DNA of 56,235 bases, filler included, from Sphacelaria rigidula (Eukaryota): the NCBI GenBank assembly GCA_964200075.2. It is 6 parts of 6 records of this genome, joined end to end, with 100 filler letters (N's around TTAATTAATTAA, not from the genome) between each part and the next. Parts side by side here need not be neighbours in the genome. Positions count along the whole stretch, not along the records: positions 28,170 to 37,458 come from CAXNAA020008834.1; positions 37,559 to 46,847 come from CAXNAA020008835.1; positions 46,948 to 56,235 come from CAXNAA020008836.1; 3 more parts are not named here. One strand, given 5' to 3'. Positions 36,501 through 48,242 of this stretch are shown here, one piece after another (the first letter of the stretch is position 1; each line of letters opens with the position of its first letter). The notes beneath the pieces are model-generated. The model ran no database searches and had not been told where the DNA came from. It worked only from the letters and a program-made list of their open reading frames with translations. Both the position numbers and the translations under genes were made by a program.

Positions 36501-37458
36501 GCGGTGGAGATAGCGTGGGTCATTCCACCAGGGGTATCAAAGTTGCCCAATGGCGTTCCAGCCCCCATCGCAGGCTACCTAAAAACACATCGCTCCAAGT
36601 TCAAAGCTAGAAAAGGTCGTGAAATATGATCAGGGGTCCTTCACGACGGCCTCGGACTATCTAGCATCAAGCCCCAGTAACGGCGAGGATGATTAACGAA
36701 AATGTTTTGTTTTTTTCGACTCTTCCTCGCCCCTGGAAAAGGGGCGAAATATGGCCTTTTTTTGACCGACTGCTTTTTTTTCGGCCGTTCATGAATGCAG
36801 GGGGGTGCGTGCAGAAAATAATTAATACGGATTCCAACAAGGGTCTGTCGACAGAAAAAATCGGACACGGAGGCCCCTCCATCCCCCCCTCCCGGAGGAC
36901 AGTTTTTCGAAAATTGTCATGATTTTTGAGCTTTTTTTTACATGTGATTTTTTCGTGATTTTTTTGTTTTTTCGTCGAAGTTGTTTGAAAAAACTGATCA
37001 ACAAACACTGACAAAAACCGAAATGTCTGGCGGGCTTTGTGAGGTTCGTATATTTGCTTCTGCTCCTCGCCCGCCCTGTTCCGATGACCTCGGATGCCGG
37101 CAACGCTCACACACATCTGTGTACAATACACGAGCGTACGGTAGCGACAACCTGTAGCCAAAGTAGCAACATTATCTCCCGTCTTGCCAAATTTGCCCAG
37201 ACTACTAGTGGTAGGTAGTCGAGGCACACGACACGGAGCATGATCCCATGAATGTAATCATGGTAGGTGATGAGCTTGGAGGGGCCATGTGTCCGTCATC
37301 TCAGCGATCTCCATGCCAAGGATCTCTGTACACGGCAGCTGGCCGCATCCGCCAACGGCTCGGCATTAAACTAGGGGACAGGTTGGGTGCCCCCCCCCCC
37401 CCCCCCCCAAAACCGAACTTTTGACCTTTGGGCCCCCGTGGCCCCAAATGGGATTTTG

Positions 37459-37558
37459 NNNNNNNNNNNNNNNNNNNNNNNNNNNNNNNNNNNNNNNNNN
37501 NNTTAATTAATTAANNNNNNNNNNNNNNNNNNNNNNNNNNNNNNNNNNNNNNNNNNNN
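37459..37558. other. Artificial contig linker
   Basis: N44-TTAATTAATTAA-N44. Confidence 0.98.
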
Positions 37559-38419
37559 TATTTTTCCCGACATCTCGACGATTTTCGAGGCGACTGAAAA
37601 AATCCAGAATCCGGGCAAGAGTAAAACTGGGAGTACGAAAGATCGGACAAGCGCGCTGGAATCCTCGTGAAAAATAGATCAAATCTTTCCGAGCGGCCAA
37701 AATCCGCCAAGACCCGTATTCCGCAAATAATCCGAGGTGGAAGTTCTCAGACAGATTATTTTTCAGTCTCTAAGAAGCGGCCTGAAACAAAACAAAAAAA
37801 AAGAAGAGGAAAGAAAAGAGCAAATAAAATAAAATAATTAGAAAAATGGGAAAGCCCGAGTGATTCAGGGCAGCAGAGTAGATAGTCTTGTCCCCCCAAA
37901 TTGATTGACTATAGCAACTGAGCAAAGCAGCACCAGCACCAGCAGCACCAGGGACACCGCACAGTACTGTGTCTCCGTGTGGGTCCGTGTTTGAAGGCCA
38001 GCTTTTTGTACCACTTCATGCTTACTAGCGACCCAATTCGTTAGGGACTGCCACGAGGGACATTCAAGCGCCTCCTCGAATGAGTGCTCAGCATCATCAA
38101 CTTCATAATTTTCATTTTCGGAACAAAAGTTCTTCGAAGAGTCATCCTATCAGGCGGTAAAATCTACTATCTCTACTGATATATTGACAACAAAAGTGGG
38201 GGTAGGCCGGCCGGAAAGACTAAGCAAATAGCATGCATTTTTTTCGCGCCCTTGAATAACTTCTAACACGGAACCTCCGCACCCCCCCCACCAAAACCGC
38301 TGGACTATCAGTAGGCAAAACTGTTTCGAGCCGAAGATCGCTGTCAAGGGTTTAATTCCTCCAGCATTCGCAGATGGGACAAAATAATTTGAGCCTAATT
38401 TTTCAAGTGAAAATGATGC

Positions 38420-38870
38420 CAATTCAATAAATGAAAAGAGTCCGGGCGGCCGAAGGGTTGGCACAAAAGAAGGCGTGCTCCAATCGCCGTCAATCTGGCA
38501 TGTTGAACATGAACATATCGATTAAGCGGCAAAAAACATTACTGTTTGTACAATGAGCTTGTACACCATGAAAAGAAAAGCACTTCTGAACTGCCGAGTA
38601 GCACACCGTACACACCAGGGTAGCTTTCCAATACATCAGAAGTCGACCGAGTCGATTGGCCCGGTTTGATCGGTGCACACACCACCATGGGGCCCGGGAA
38701 AGTATAATATTATATAGATGCAACTCCAGGTCAACAGCAACTGTTTTTGCACGTACCTTACAGTTGTTCCGGTGTGATAAACGAAAGCCTAGCGACAAAG
38801 CTCAACATGCAGGTCACCGATATAGCTCGGCTTACAAAGCACAAGAACAACACGGGTGCGTATCCGGACC
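38420..38870 (+). pseudogene. Possible decayed tyrosine-recombinase (Crypton-like) remnant
   Basis: Ordered fragments across frames: EKSPGG; SLYTMKRK; TTMGPGKV; NSRSTAT; LATKLNMQVTDIARLTKHKN..GAY. These resemble Crypton YR motifs KN..GG / LY..KRP / PMG.NK / NHS.R.T / I...TGH(R/K)S....Y. Confidence 0.35.
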
Positions 38871-40123
38871 GCCGCCGTCGACACTTCGATAATGCTGATG
38901 GTGGGACCGCAAAATCCATTCAACATTCGTATTACGAGTGGACAGAGAAATCCAAAAGCTGCAGCCTCAGTAGGAAGCTCAACGTCGATCAGCCTCCTGG
39001 CTCACGTTTTGAAAAACTAGGCCTCACGTCTATACACAGCATTCAATTATTGAAGAACCTCTACGGCACATCCATGCTGTAGTCAACTGTTGGGTACACC
39101 TGCTCAGATTAGTGCACTGACTGTTTGTGGCAAACTTGCCGCCTACGAGGGACATACCTGCACACCAGTGATCAAGGCAGCCGACAAAGCGGAGTTAATC
39201 GGCGTGGGCGAGGCTCCCATGTAAGACCCTGCCCCATTAGCCGGCTTCGAAGAAGTGAGCACAGCAAAAAGCTCCCTTATCGCAACATCGCAGCCGAATC
39301 CCGTTGCAGCAATGGATAGTCCCGATAGAGACGAAAATAGAGCGTGTGCTATGAGCTCCTCCGTGCTCATCGTTGCAAGCTCTTTGACAGGCTGAACGTC
39401 AAATGTGGAGTATTTTCGGAAGCACCCAACTTTCGGCAGCCGATGTGTGGCAGATGGAGGTAGCCCAATACCCGTCTGTGTGCACCACGTACTGTGGGTG
39501 GATGTTTCCCACTCAAACAAGAATGTGATGGTGATATAATTCAAAATATCAAGACTGAGTTTGATGGCAGAGAGCGGGCCGTCGCTCCGCTACAAGATGT
39601 TGCCAAGCCAGGGCGACACGAAATGCGACCTGCGAAGACGCCACATCGGACGTGTGTCACTATAAATACCCGTTGGTCGTATCCTCGTCTCGGGCCGGAC
39701 GTGAGATCTGGGGAGCAGGAGACTATGCTCAACTGTAGAGTCGCTGTAGATATAGACCTTTAGTATGGATGATGGCCTCGCCCTACCATGGTGGTCTTAT
39801 ACCACCTCTAGCCTTGCTCTTCCGGGATCCATCATGCAGTTCCCCGACGAACGTGAGGAGGAGGAGGCGATGTTAGCAGCTTTTCTGCAAGCTGCATCCC
39901 GTGCTGATACCGCTGCTCACTTCATTGCAGGTGGATAAATTAGCTTCAGTTTTTCGAACTTTTAAATATACATGTTGACTCCACCGTGCAGTGCCCTCCT
40001 GGCTGTTTTACCGTATTTGCTCTAGTCCTGTACAATCTACACTTTGCATACCACAACGACGCACGATATGCACGGGACGGCACTGTATTGTACTATGTAA
40101 GTACCTGTGAGGCTGGCATTTAA

Positions 40124-41162
40124 CCCCTTGACCGTCAGACCGCCGCAGATAGACCCCACGTCGGCCACCGAGGGAAATTAGAAAACACTTGAATCAGAGT
40201 TTGGAGATAACGGACGAGAGAGAGAGAAAGCTGCTTAGCTATAGCGATATTGTTCTGGAAGGAGGCCTGGCGCCCGAAGGCTCACAACCCTTCGATGCCG
40301 GCTGTCTTTGCGGTATTTCTCTCGGATGGGTAAATGGTAATCCTGAAGAGAGATTTCCATTTCGAAATGATATTGGCCAGGAAAGGGTACACGTTGTCGT
40401 TTGGCCACTTGAGGGTACGATCTTTAGCGAGTTTTTTTCCCGCAAAAATAACGTGGGCTCGACGCGATGTTGGTCGTTTTTGCCAAGAACACTCAGTAGT
40501 GGTTCCCTTGTACACATACTTCCTCTGTCCCATAAGTCTGGATGGTTATGGAATGCACACCATATCTCCCGCACGGAGGCACTTACGATACTCTACTCCC
40601 ACCAATTCTAATGGATTTGGAAGAAAAAAAAAAACGTGCTGTTGAAAACTGCCTTTTGGGCCCTTCTCCGTTGCTTTACGCCCAGAAGGAGGCCTAGGCG
40701 GATGTTGGCACCTTCGAATGACTTGTTCTATTCGTTGAGACCGTTCCAGGGCAACTTTGGGTTTCCCGCTAGCCGCAGTTTTATTTTTGGCCAAATTTTC
40801 ATCCTCAATAACAAACGGTCCAGTGATGAAAAAACAGGGGAAAACTGGGAGTTTTCCCATCACTCGACCGTTTTTTTATCGAAAATGCAAGTTTGGCCAA
40901 GAATGAAACTGCGGCAACTGCGGCCAACGGGACACGAAAAGTTGCCCTGGAATGACCTCAACGAGTGGAGCAAGTCACCCCGAGGTGTCAACATCCGTCA
41001 AGGGATTTCTGTGTGTATATATATATATATATATTCCCAATATCCACGTGTTCATGAAAAAAGGCGTTTTGTGTAGTGAAAAAAACAGCTGTTCTGGACT
41101 CCAAATGTGACATACTGTAGTCCATCTCGAGTCCGTCTGAGGGGTGTTTCGCGGTCAAAGCG
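40124..41162. mobile_element. Possible piggyBac-like non-autonomous element
   Basis: TTAA-CCCCTTGACCG at left; degenerate inverse CGGTCAAAGCG-TTGA at right. Confidence 0.3.
40630..41005. mobile_element. Long-TIR palindromic MITE (same family as 50791-51230)
   Basis: GTTGAAAACTGCC..GGCCCTTCTCCGT..CTAGGCGGATG..GAATGACTTGTTCTA aligns with 50823-50920 and is mirrored at 40890-41000. Confidence 0.75.
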
Positions 41163-42037
41163 TTGAAGGCTCGTACAAACGCAATCATCCAGATGTTTGG
41201 AACAAAGGAAGTAAACTCCAAGAAAAACGGAATAATACAAGCGAGATAATGCGTTGCACCACTCCACAATGTGGGTAATCAACAGAACGGTACAGTATAC
41301 GAGTACTTGTTGGACGTTACATCATTTGCCTGTAATTTGCCGACTCTGACCACTCTTATGCTTCATTTTGGTAACTGTGTCCTTCTCCACAAGTAGCGAC
41401 TAAAAGTTAAGTCGGCACAAGAAAAGTCGTAAATATGATGGAGGCCCACACAGCTGGAGGATGACCCTCGAAGCAGAGTTCAAGGACTCACGGGGACATC
41501 TTCTGTGGAGACTGTTGGCTTGGGCACCCAACACACGTAGAAGCCATGTTGAGAATGTTGTACGTCCACACCGCTAGCCGGCGAGAAAGGTTACTCCTAC
41601 AAGCCTCTTCTCGTTGAAAGACCGGAAGAAGACGCTCATAAAACAGGGGGGGGGGACCACCACATACAGGGAGAAAAGTCCAGAAGTGTCCGCGAGGGAA
41701 ACAGCACTGATCGGATGCTACTCCCGTTGTCAACCGTATCTGCCCGGTAGATGACCTTGCGAGGAAAGGTGCAACTACTACCCTTGACCCCGCCCGCCGG
41801 TGGGTCCGTGGATGCTTTTTTCTCCATCGCGTGCAACTCCGTGTCTCTCTTCCGCACATGGGTCTCTCCTTTTGTGTCCGTTTATCCATCTCTTTTTCTC
41901 TTATTTTTTTATTTGTCGCACTTTGAACCCGTCCCCTTCCTCGGGACGAGTCCCTGGTCTCAAGGGATTAACCCCATCTCTCCCCGGTACGTTATGGTGA
42001 ACAAATAATATTGCATGTGCTCAGCGAACAGCCGCAG

Positions 42038-45000
42038 GGTGGTGGAAGTCTTGGATGTCCTCGCGCGGGACGAGTTTGTACTTCCATCCCGGGAGCAGCT
42101 CGAGGAGGCAGAGGAAAAATTCCGAAGGCAAACTCCATCTCCACCGCGATCACTCGGGGGAGGGCATTGTTCAGCAGGGCGGGCAAGCCCATCCCTCCGC
42201 TGGTCAGAACTTAACTCTCCTCGTTTGCGTGTTTGTTGTTTGATCGCACCTCTTTGCAAACATGTCGTATCATCACCTCTGGGTCTGGAAAAGGACGATG
42301 CTATCGGGTCGAAAGAGACCGCGCGTCGGAACTTGGCGCTCTAGATCAGACCGTCGGAATCCTTTTTGAGTGAGGCTGCGACGAGAGCTTACTTCCGCGA
42401 AACACTGCATTCCGATAGGAACTCTCGCAGCCAGCTTTAGATACGAGCTGTTCAGAGCTACCGCTCGCACCGTATCTTGTCCGCTCCACCGTACTGTGCT
42501 GAAAGCGCGACATCCTTTCGCGCGTGCTGCTGTTATGTTCTCGCTCTCCGAACCTTCTTTTTTTTTCTTCCAGTCGTAGCAAGCTGTTTGGGTTGCCGCT
42601 CGCAGACCGACACGCGGCGCTTATGGTGGCGTGCTCGTTTGGGCACTTGCTGCCGCGCCGGGCCCTGGTGGACTTCTTGTGCCGTCTAGTCCTTGGCGAC
42701 GACGTGATTCATGTTCAGGTGCAGTTGTATCTTCGCACGCATTCAGATTTAGGCCCTATCTTATTATTGTTGGTGTTGGTGTTGGTGTTGGTGTTGTTGC
42801 GTGAGCACCACCCACGAGCGGTCGGGGGCGGGCTTAAAATGATATGGACAGCACCGATGGAATGCGGGCTGTGTTCAAACGGCTTGTCTTCGAGGAGACG
42901 TTCACACTTTTTTGTACCATAATCGAAGCTGAGTCAAGAGTTGAAGCTGCTCCTCGTGTCAAAAAAGACAACTGTTTTATGAAGTATTATATCGCATTGA
43001 AGTCAAGCACCGTCACGCTTTGTTTACCCCCCCCTTGATTCCGTTAAGGCGTTTCTGCGATATGAAGTCCCTGGAGAGGAAAGCGAAGCCACTGAAGGTC
43101 GCCGACGAAATGGCACCTGCTGCAGCTGCAGAGGCGAAGCTTTGCTGGGAGAGGGCAACGTAGGAGCTGCCAGCGGGCAGAATCCCAACAACCCACCGTC
43201 GCCACCCCGCGGCTTCACTACTTCCCCGTGCGCAGCTTGCAAGGCTTGCTTAGCGCGCAGGGAGTGGCTTGACTCGTTCTCGGCCCGCTTGCTGACGGTG
43301 GCGTGTCGCAAGGTATGTCACCAAAGCAGAGTAGCCTCAGGCACATGCAACCATTCGCACATGTACGCAATCCCGTCGTCGAATTTGCACGCACCTCGTG
43401 CACGTCATATTTCCTTCGTCGGGAGTTTCTTCTGCGTGTTGTGCTACATCGTGTCGGCCCCAAACCATTACTCTCAACGCTTTTTTTTCGTCACCGCCGG
43501 GTTGTGGGTTGTTGACCGCATCTTGAGGTTGTGTCTGTTCGTCGAAGGTGCGTGGGCAACCGAATACTTGAATGACCTTTACACCCCCCATCATACTGCG
43601 CGAAACCTCACTGGGCACAAGGTGCCTCTTGCTAATCAGAGTCGCCGGCATCCTCGTCACCATCTCTGTGCCCACCCATCCCCGCCCCGCGCGTTCTCTT
43701 CTTCCGCCGCAGTTGCTGTGGTCCACGTCTTTGCCTGAAGAAACCCTGGCGCTGAACCGATGCCTAGTATCTTTGTCGGGAGCACTGACTCCGCCGAAGC
43801 CCGAAACATCGTTGGCTGACAGGTATATCAAGACAACCGCTTCGCATCGCAACCCTTGTTGCAATAACTCTTATGCGGGTGGGAACCTAGCTGAAGCATC
43901 AGCCCCAGGTAGAAGGCTGAAATCAGACGCTCTAGCGCGGAAACCCACCGCGCGAAGCAGTGACCTGCCAGGTGGCGGCGGCAATACCGGTGCACATGTG
44001 CGATCTGGAGGGCGACGAGGGATATCTGCTATCCTGGTCGGCGTGAGGGAGGAGCTGACCTGTACAAGTGCGGACCCAAGTGTAGTCAGCCACGATGAGG
44101 TGTCGTGCTTGGGTATCGATCGCCGCCGCGATGATGACCAGTCGCATTCCATGATGAGAAAGAGACAGAAGCTTGCCGTAGAAGACAATGATGACCTTCG
44201 GGACTCCGCTCCACGGCCGCCGCCGTCAAAGAAGGCCAAATCCCCGCCGCTGTCGGTGCCGCCGAGCCGCAACGACAGTTCTGCACCGTCTGCTGCTGTG
44301 GCGGATAAAAATCACGATGTCGTGTATGCCGAGCAAAGAGAACGGTTGTCCGCGCGTCGTGAGACGGGGCAAGCTGCGATGTGCAACGGCACGTCGGAGC
44401 GAGACGATGGAAACATTGGGCCGGACGGCAAGGAACGCCTTCATCTCGCGGTGAGCGATGCACCCGGGAATGGGCAAGATGGAGAGGAACTAGGGAACAA
44501 TAAAGAGAAGGAATCCCTCCCAACAGAGCTACGAGAAAAGATGATAGCTGTTGCAGAAAAGTTGACGGCAGCCAGGGCCAGGGGATCCACTTCCATGGAC
44601 GTGAAAGGAGCGGCTGCTGCCGCGGTGTCTCTCCTACAGGACACGGTGTCTTCGAGTGTCCATCCCAGTGCTCGACGAGCTTTCGCGCAACAGCAAAATC
44701 AGCGGGCAAGGCAGCAGCAGCAGCATCCATTCGAGATCGTTTGCAAAGGCCTGGGCCTCGACAAGCCGCCGGGCAAACGGCGGGGAAAAGACAGTGGCGG
44801 AGCCGACGACGGCTGCGGGGACGACGTAGTCATGGAGGTGTGCAGTGGATTCGTTACCTCGGCGTTAAGTTTACGAAACTGCCTGGCTTTTTTCTCGGCG
44901 GTGCTTGTCCCGAGGGCGAGGGCGTTGGCGGGCCCTGCCACGCGTTTGTTTGTCACCGCCGTGTCTGGGATTGCGAAGGCTCGGCCTGGGGCTGCGATCG

Positions 45001-45089
45001 ATGGCTTGGTGCTGCCGCTGCTCCGCGACACTGACTCGGCGGAGTTGGGCTCCGCTCAGTGTGAGCTTTGTACAAGGCTGATTAAGCAG
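42038..45089 (+). CDS. FANCE: Fanconi anemia group E-like protein, partial (exons 42038-42202, 42574-42718, 43049-43312, 43713-45089)
   Basis: Phase-compatible AG/GT exons. The C-terminal LSLRNCLAFFSAVLVPRARALAGPATRLFVTAVSGIAKARP...LVLPLL...LGSAQCELCTRLIKQ matches the FANCE C-terminal helical domain pattern as recalled (human [37 protein letters not shown]...GPAQTELL). Central disordered region has NLS-like RKRQKL and KKAK. Confidence 0.78.
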
Positions 45090-45239
45090 GTCAGACGTTG
45101 GATATTGTTGTTGCTGTGCAAAACCGCATCGAACTGGTGACGTGCGTGTTGAGATGCTGTACCGAAAAATGGGCATGTCAGCGCTGTCTCAGCCGTCCGT
45201 TGCTTGGTGCACTTCGAGTCTCGTATGTACTCGGGAGGG

Positions 45240-46720
45240 GGGGAGGGGCGGAGGGGAGGCGTACTCATCTGTTGCTTGCCTTGGTCATTTGACCATTGAC
45301 CATGTATCCCTTTCGAGACGGAGCACCGTTCCTACTGCTAATAAAGACACCTCCAACATTTCGGCGCTCATTACGTTTCTTCGGCACATCACACAAAAAC
45401 CGTTACATATCTTATCCCCTTCATGTTTCGTGCTGTCTGTGGCCACCATATATCTCCTCGTCGTGGTGGAGCGATCGGTTTCTCTCTACTATCAAATGTA
45501 CCAAACGAACGATTTCACGTCACCTTATCTTACTTCCCACATCTCCTCGCCTAAAATTTTCCGTTCCTTGCATAGTTCACATTCCACCACTGTAGAAGTT
45601 CCTATCGCTATTGCCTTGGCAAAGGGGCAATTATGTGCATCTACTTCATGCTCTACCCGACTACTGGTATCTCTCTTTATCCTTGTTGGCGGGAGGTCCA
45701 GGTCCCCCATCCGAAATCGCAGTTTCAATTTTTTCGCGGAGTCCATTGGGCCGTGCAGATATGTCTTCTTCCCAATCCCTTCTCTCAGAACCCCTGTATA
45801 TCCTCAGGTGCTCTCCCTCGTCCACTGTCCGCCTTTCCGGTTGTTTCCGCATATTTTGATCATACCGCTTACTTTTTTGTCATGTATCCCCCACGTTCAT
45901 CTATTGGCTCCTACCATGTGCCGTTAGCCATCTCTTTCTTGACATGTTGCTTGCATTATATTTGCCATTTCAATTTTTTCCTGTCTTTATTTGTTTCAAG
46001 TAGGTGAATTTCTGTAATAGTTCTCCTTTTAGTAGTGCATTACTGGTCGCTTTCGAGCATCCTCGGCCGAGTTTTTTCTTTGCTGCTGTCATCATCTGTA
46101 CTGTTTGCGACGGAACCTAAAGAAATGCACGTAAACAATCGCTGGTACTATGGAGATGCCGCCAACCCTAACGCTAACGCTAACGCTGACCCTAACCCCG
46201 ACCAAGGTATACCGAGACCCCTCGGGCAAGGGGGATGCAGAGTGTATCTGAGGCAAAGTGTGCGTTGCCAGAGCTCAAATCGACGCCTTTCAGCCGATTT
46301 TGGACCAAAACACGCCCTGGACGAGCTGAGTCTACTCCTCACCACTGCTCACCTGCCCGGAGTCATATTTTTTCTCAGAACTTTGTTCCGTCTGAAATCA
46401 AGTAAAATCGAGTACCAACCATTGTTTACGTACATTTCCTCAGGTCTACTGCTGTTTGCAGCTGCTTTACCAACTTCGCGTTCCCTTCCCATGCTTCTCC
46501 TGCGACTTCTAGCTTCGTTACAACCACATTCGTGAGAATAAATATCTCAATCCTAGTATCGAGGTTCGAGTCCCTTAGGGCCACGTCCATCTCCACTATC
46601 TGTGCATTTTCCTTTCCTACTTCTTTACCCATGTGTGCATCCCAAGAATATATATTTTTTCTCCACGCCATGAAATGTATTCTGGTCTACGATTGGCAAT
46701 TCCTTCTCTCCGCGCTTCCA
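45240..46720 (-). mobile_element. Degenerate LINE 3' portion (RT thumb to CCHC knuckle) in FANCE intron, interrupted by a MITE
   Basis: Peptides WDAHMGK..DSNLDTRI..KLEVAGEAWEGNAKLVKQLQT | VQM.TAAKK..GCS..TSN..; HGPMDSAKKLKLRFRMGDLDLP..HNCP..VVECELCKERKIL. Confidence 0.85.
46109..46451. mobile_element. hAT-like MITE nested in LINE with 8-bp TSD CTGTTTGC
   Basis: CTGTTTGC at 46101-46108 and 46452-46459. ~41-bp imperfect TIRs: GACGGAACCTAAAGAAATGCACGTAAACAATCGCTGGTACT vs reverse complement CAGTAGACCTGAGGAAATGTACGTAAACAATGGTTGGTACT. Removing the insert rejoins the LINE peptide. Confidence 0.82.
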
Positions 46721-46847
46721 TTTTAATTCCACTGCGGTCTCCCTATCTTCGTCACATATAACTACCGCGCAGCGGGGGGGGGGGGGGGGGGGGGGGGGTG
46801 AGTTTAAGAGAAAAAGGGGGGGCCAATGTGGGCGGGTGGGGGGTGAT

Positions 46848-46947
46848 NNNNNNNNNNNNNNNNNNNNNNNNNNNNNNNNNNNNNNNNNNNNTTAATTAAT
46901 TAANNNNNNNNNNNNNNNNNNNNNNNNNNNNNNNNNNNNNNNNNNNN
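46848..46947. other. Artificial contig linker
   Basis: N44-TTAATTAATTAA-N44. Confidence 0.98.
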
Positions 46948-47352
46948 GGCTAGACATTTTGGTATATATGGGCGCACCAGCCGGGGTCACACACACAGAA
47001 GGTCCGTGTTCAGGTTTTGAAACTGAAAACACTGCATACTGCCGTGTTGTCTGGTGTTGAGTGTAGTACTCTGCAGTTCATACACCACTGCAGAGTTGTC
47101 TAGTGCTGGGTGTACCACCCTGTAGTCAAGATAATGGGGTAATCTGTTGAGCAGTTTTTTAGCAGTTTTCCGAAAGGTTCTGCTCGTTTTCCGAAAAGTT
47201 CTGCTTGTTTTTTGAGAGGTTCTCGTTTTTTTTTAAGTATTCCGAAAAAACGAGAGTGTTTTTTGTCACAGAAATCTATAGCTGAATCTGGAATAGCCTG
47301 AGACAACAACCAATTTGAAAATTGGAATTCTTTCGCTCCCAAGAAACACATA

Positions 47353-48242
47353 CAGTGGGGGGGCTCTCAGTAGTGCCGGTTGAACAGTGCAGACGGCCTA
47401 TATAATGCCGGTAAAATCTCCGGGCACAGCCAGAGCTCGCAGTAGTGCCGCCCGGCACTACTGACAAATTACCCTCAGTAGTGCCGGTTTGAACGGTTTT
47501 GTACCCTCAACAGTGCCGGTTCCCGGACACAATCACGCACGCCTTACCCCCCACCAACCAAGCATCAGAAGGGGTACAGCAGGGTACGTGCTGGTGCAGA
47601 CCTTGCAACGGAGGGACACAACATGCCTTGTGCGGAAGGTCAACTGTGCCTGGTGCAGGCCACGACGCCAGAAGGCCTTCATGGCCACGGTTGGCATGTG
47701 GCGGGAGGCTCCACGGTATTCGCACCAGCATGTTTGGCGACAACGAAATGCACCGCATCTGCAGCAAGTGCCTTCAAAAAAAGGGGGAACGCACAAAGGT
47801 TTCATTCGATAGTGCTGGATGGGGGCAGTCTACAAGCGAACGCGCGAAAACAGGGAGTGAGGGCGCGTCTCGCGCCCGGCCCACCATCAAGCAGAAGATG
47901 GAGGTCGTCAGGCTAGAAGGGAAGGAAATGATCAACCTGTGAACAGGATCAATCAAGTTGAAAATTACAAAAAAACATTGGGTTTAGTTCTCCTACGCCG
48001 GAACCTTACGTGACGTATCCTATCGGAACCCCTTGAAACAAATGTCCTCGTCCGTTTTGTGCTTCCGTTGGTCCCACGAAGGGAAGGGGTAGCACTGTAC
48101 GAACGGACGGTCGTCAGTAGTGCCAGAACCGGCACTACTGAGGTATTCGGAGCCCTCAATTGCACCTGTTTTGGCACTTTTCAGAGTAGTGCCGGTGTCC
48201 GTGGTGGGCACACACCGGCACTACTGAGAGCCCCCCCCACTG
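47353..48242 (+). mobile_element. Internally deleted pogo/Tigger-like (Tc1/mariner superfamily) DNA transposon
   Basis: TA-CAGTGGGGGGGCTCTCAGTAGTGCCGGT ... ACCGGCACTACTGAGAGCCCCCCCCACTG-TA; subterminal CAGTAGTGCC repeats; frameshifted transposase N-terminus at 47623-47942 ending in psq-HTH-like RARPTIKQKMEVVRL. Confidence 0.9.
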
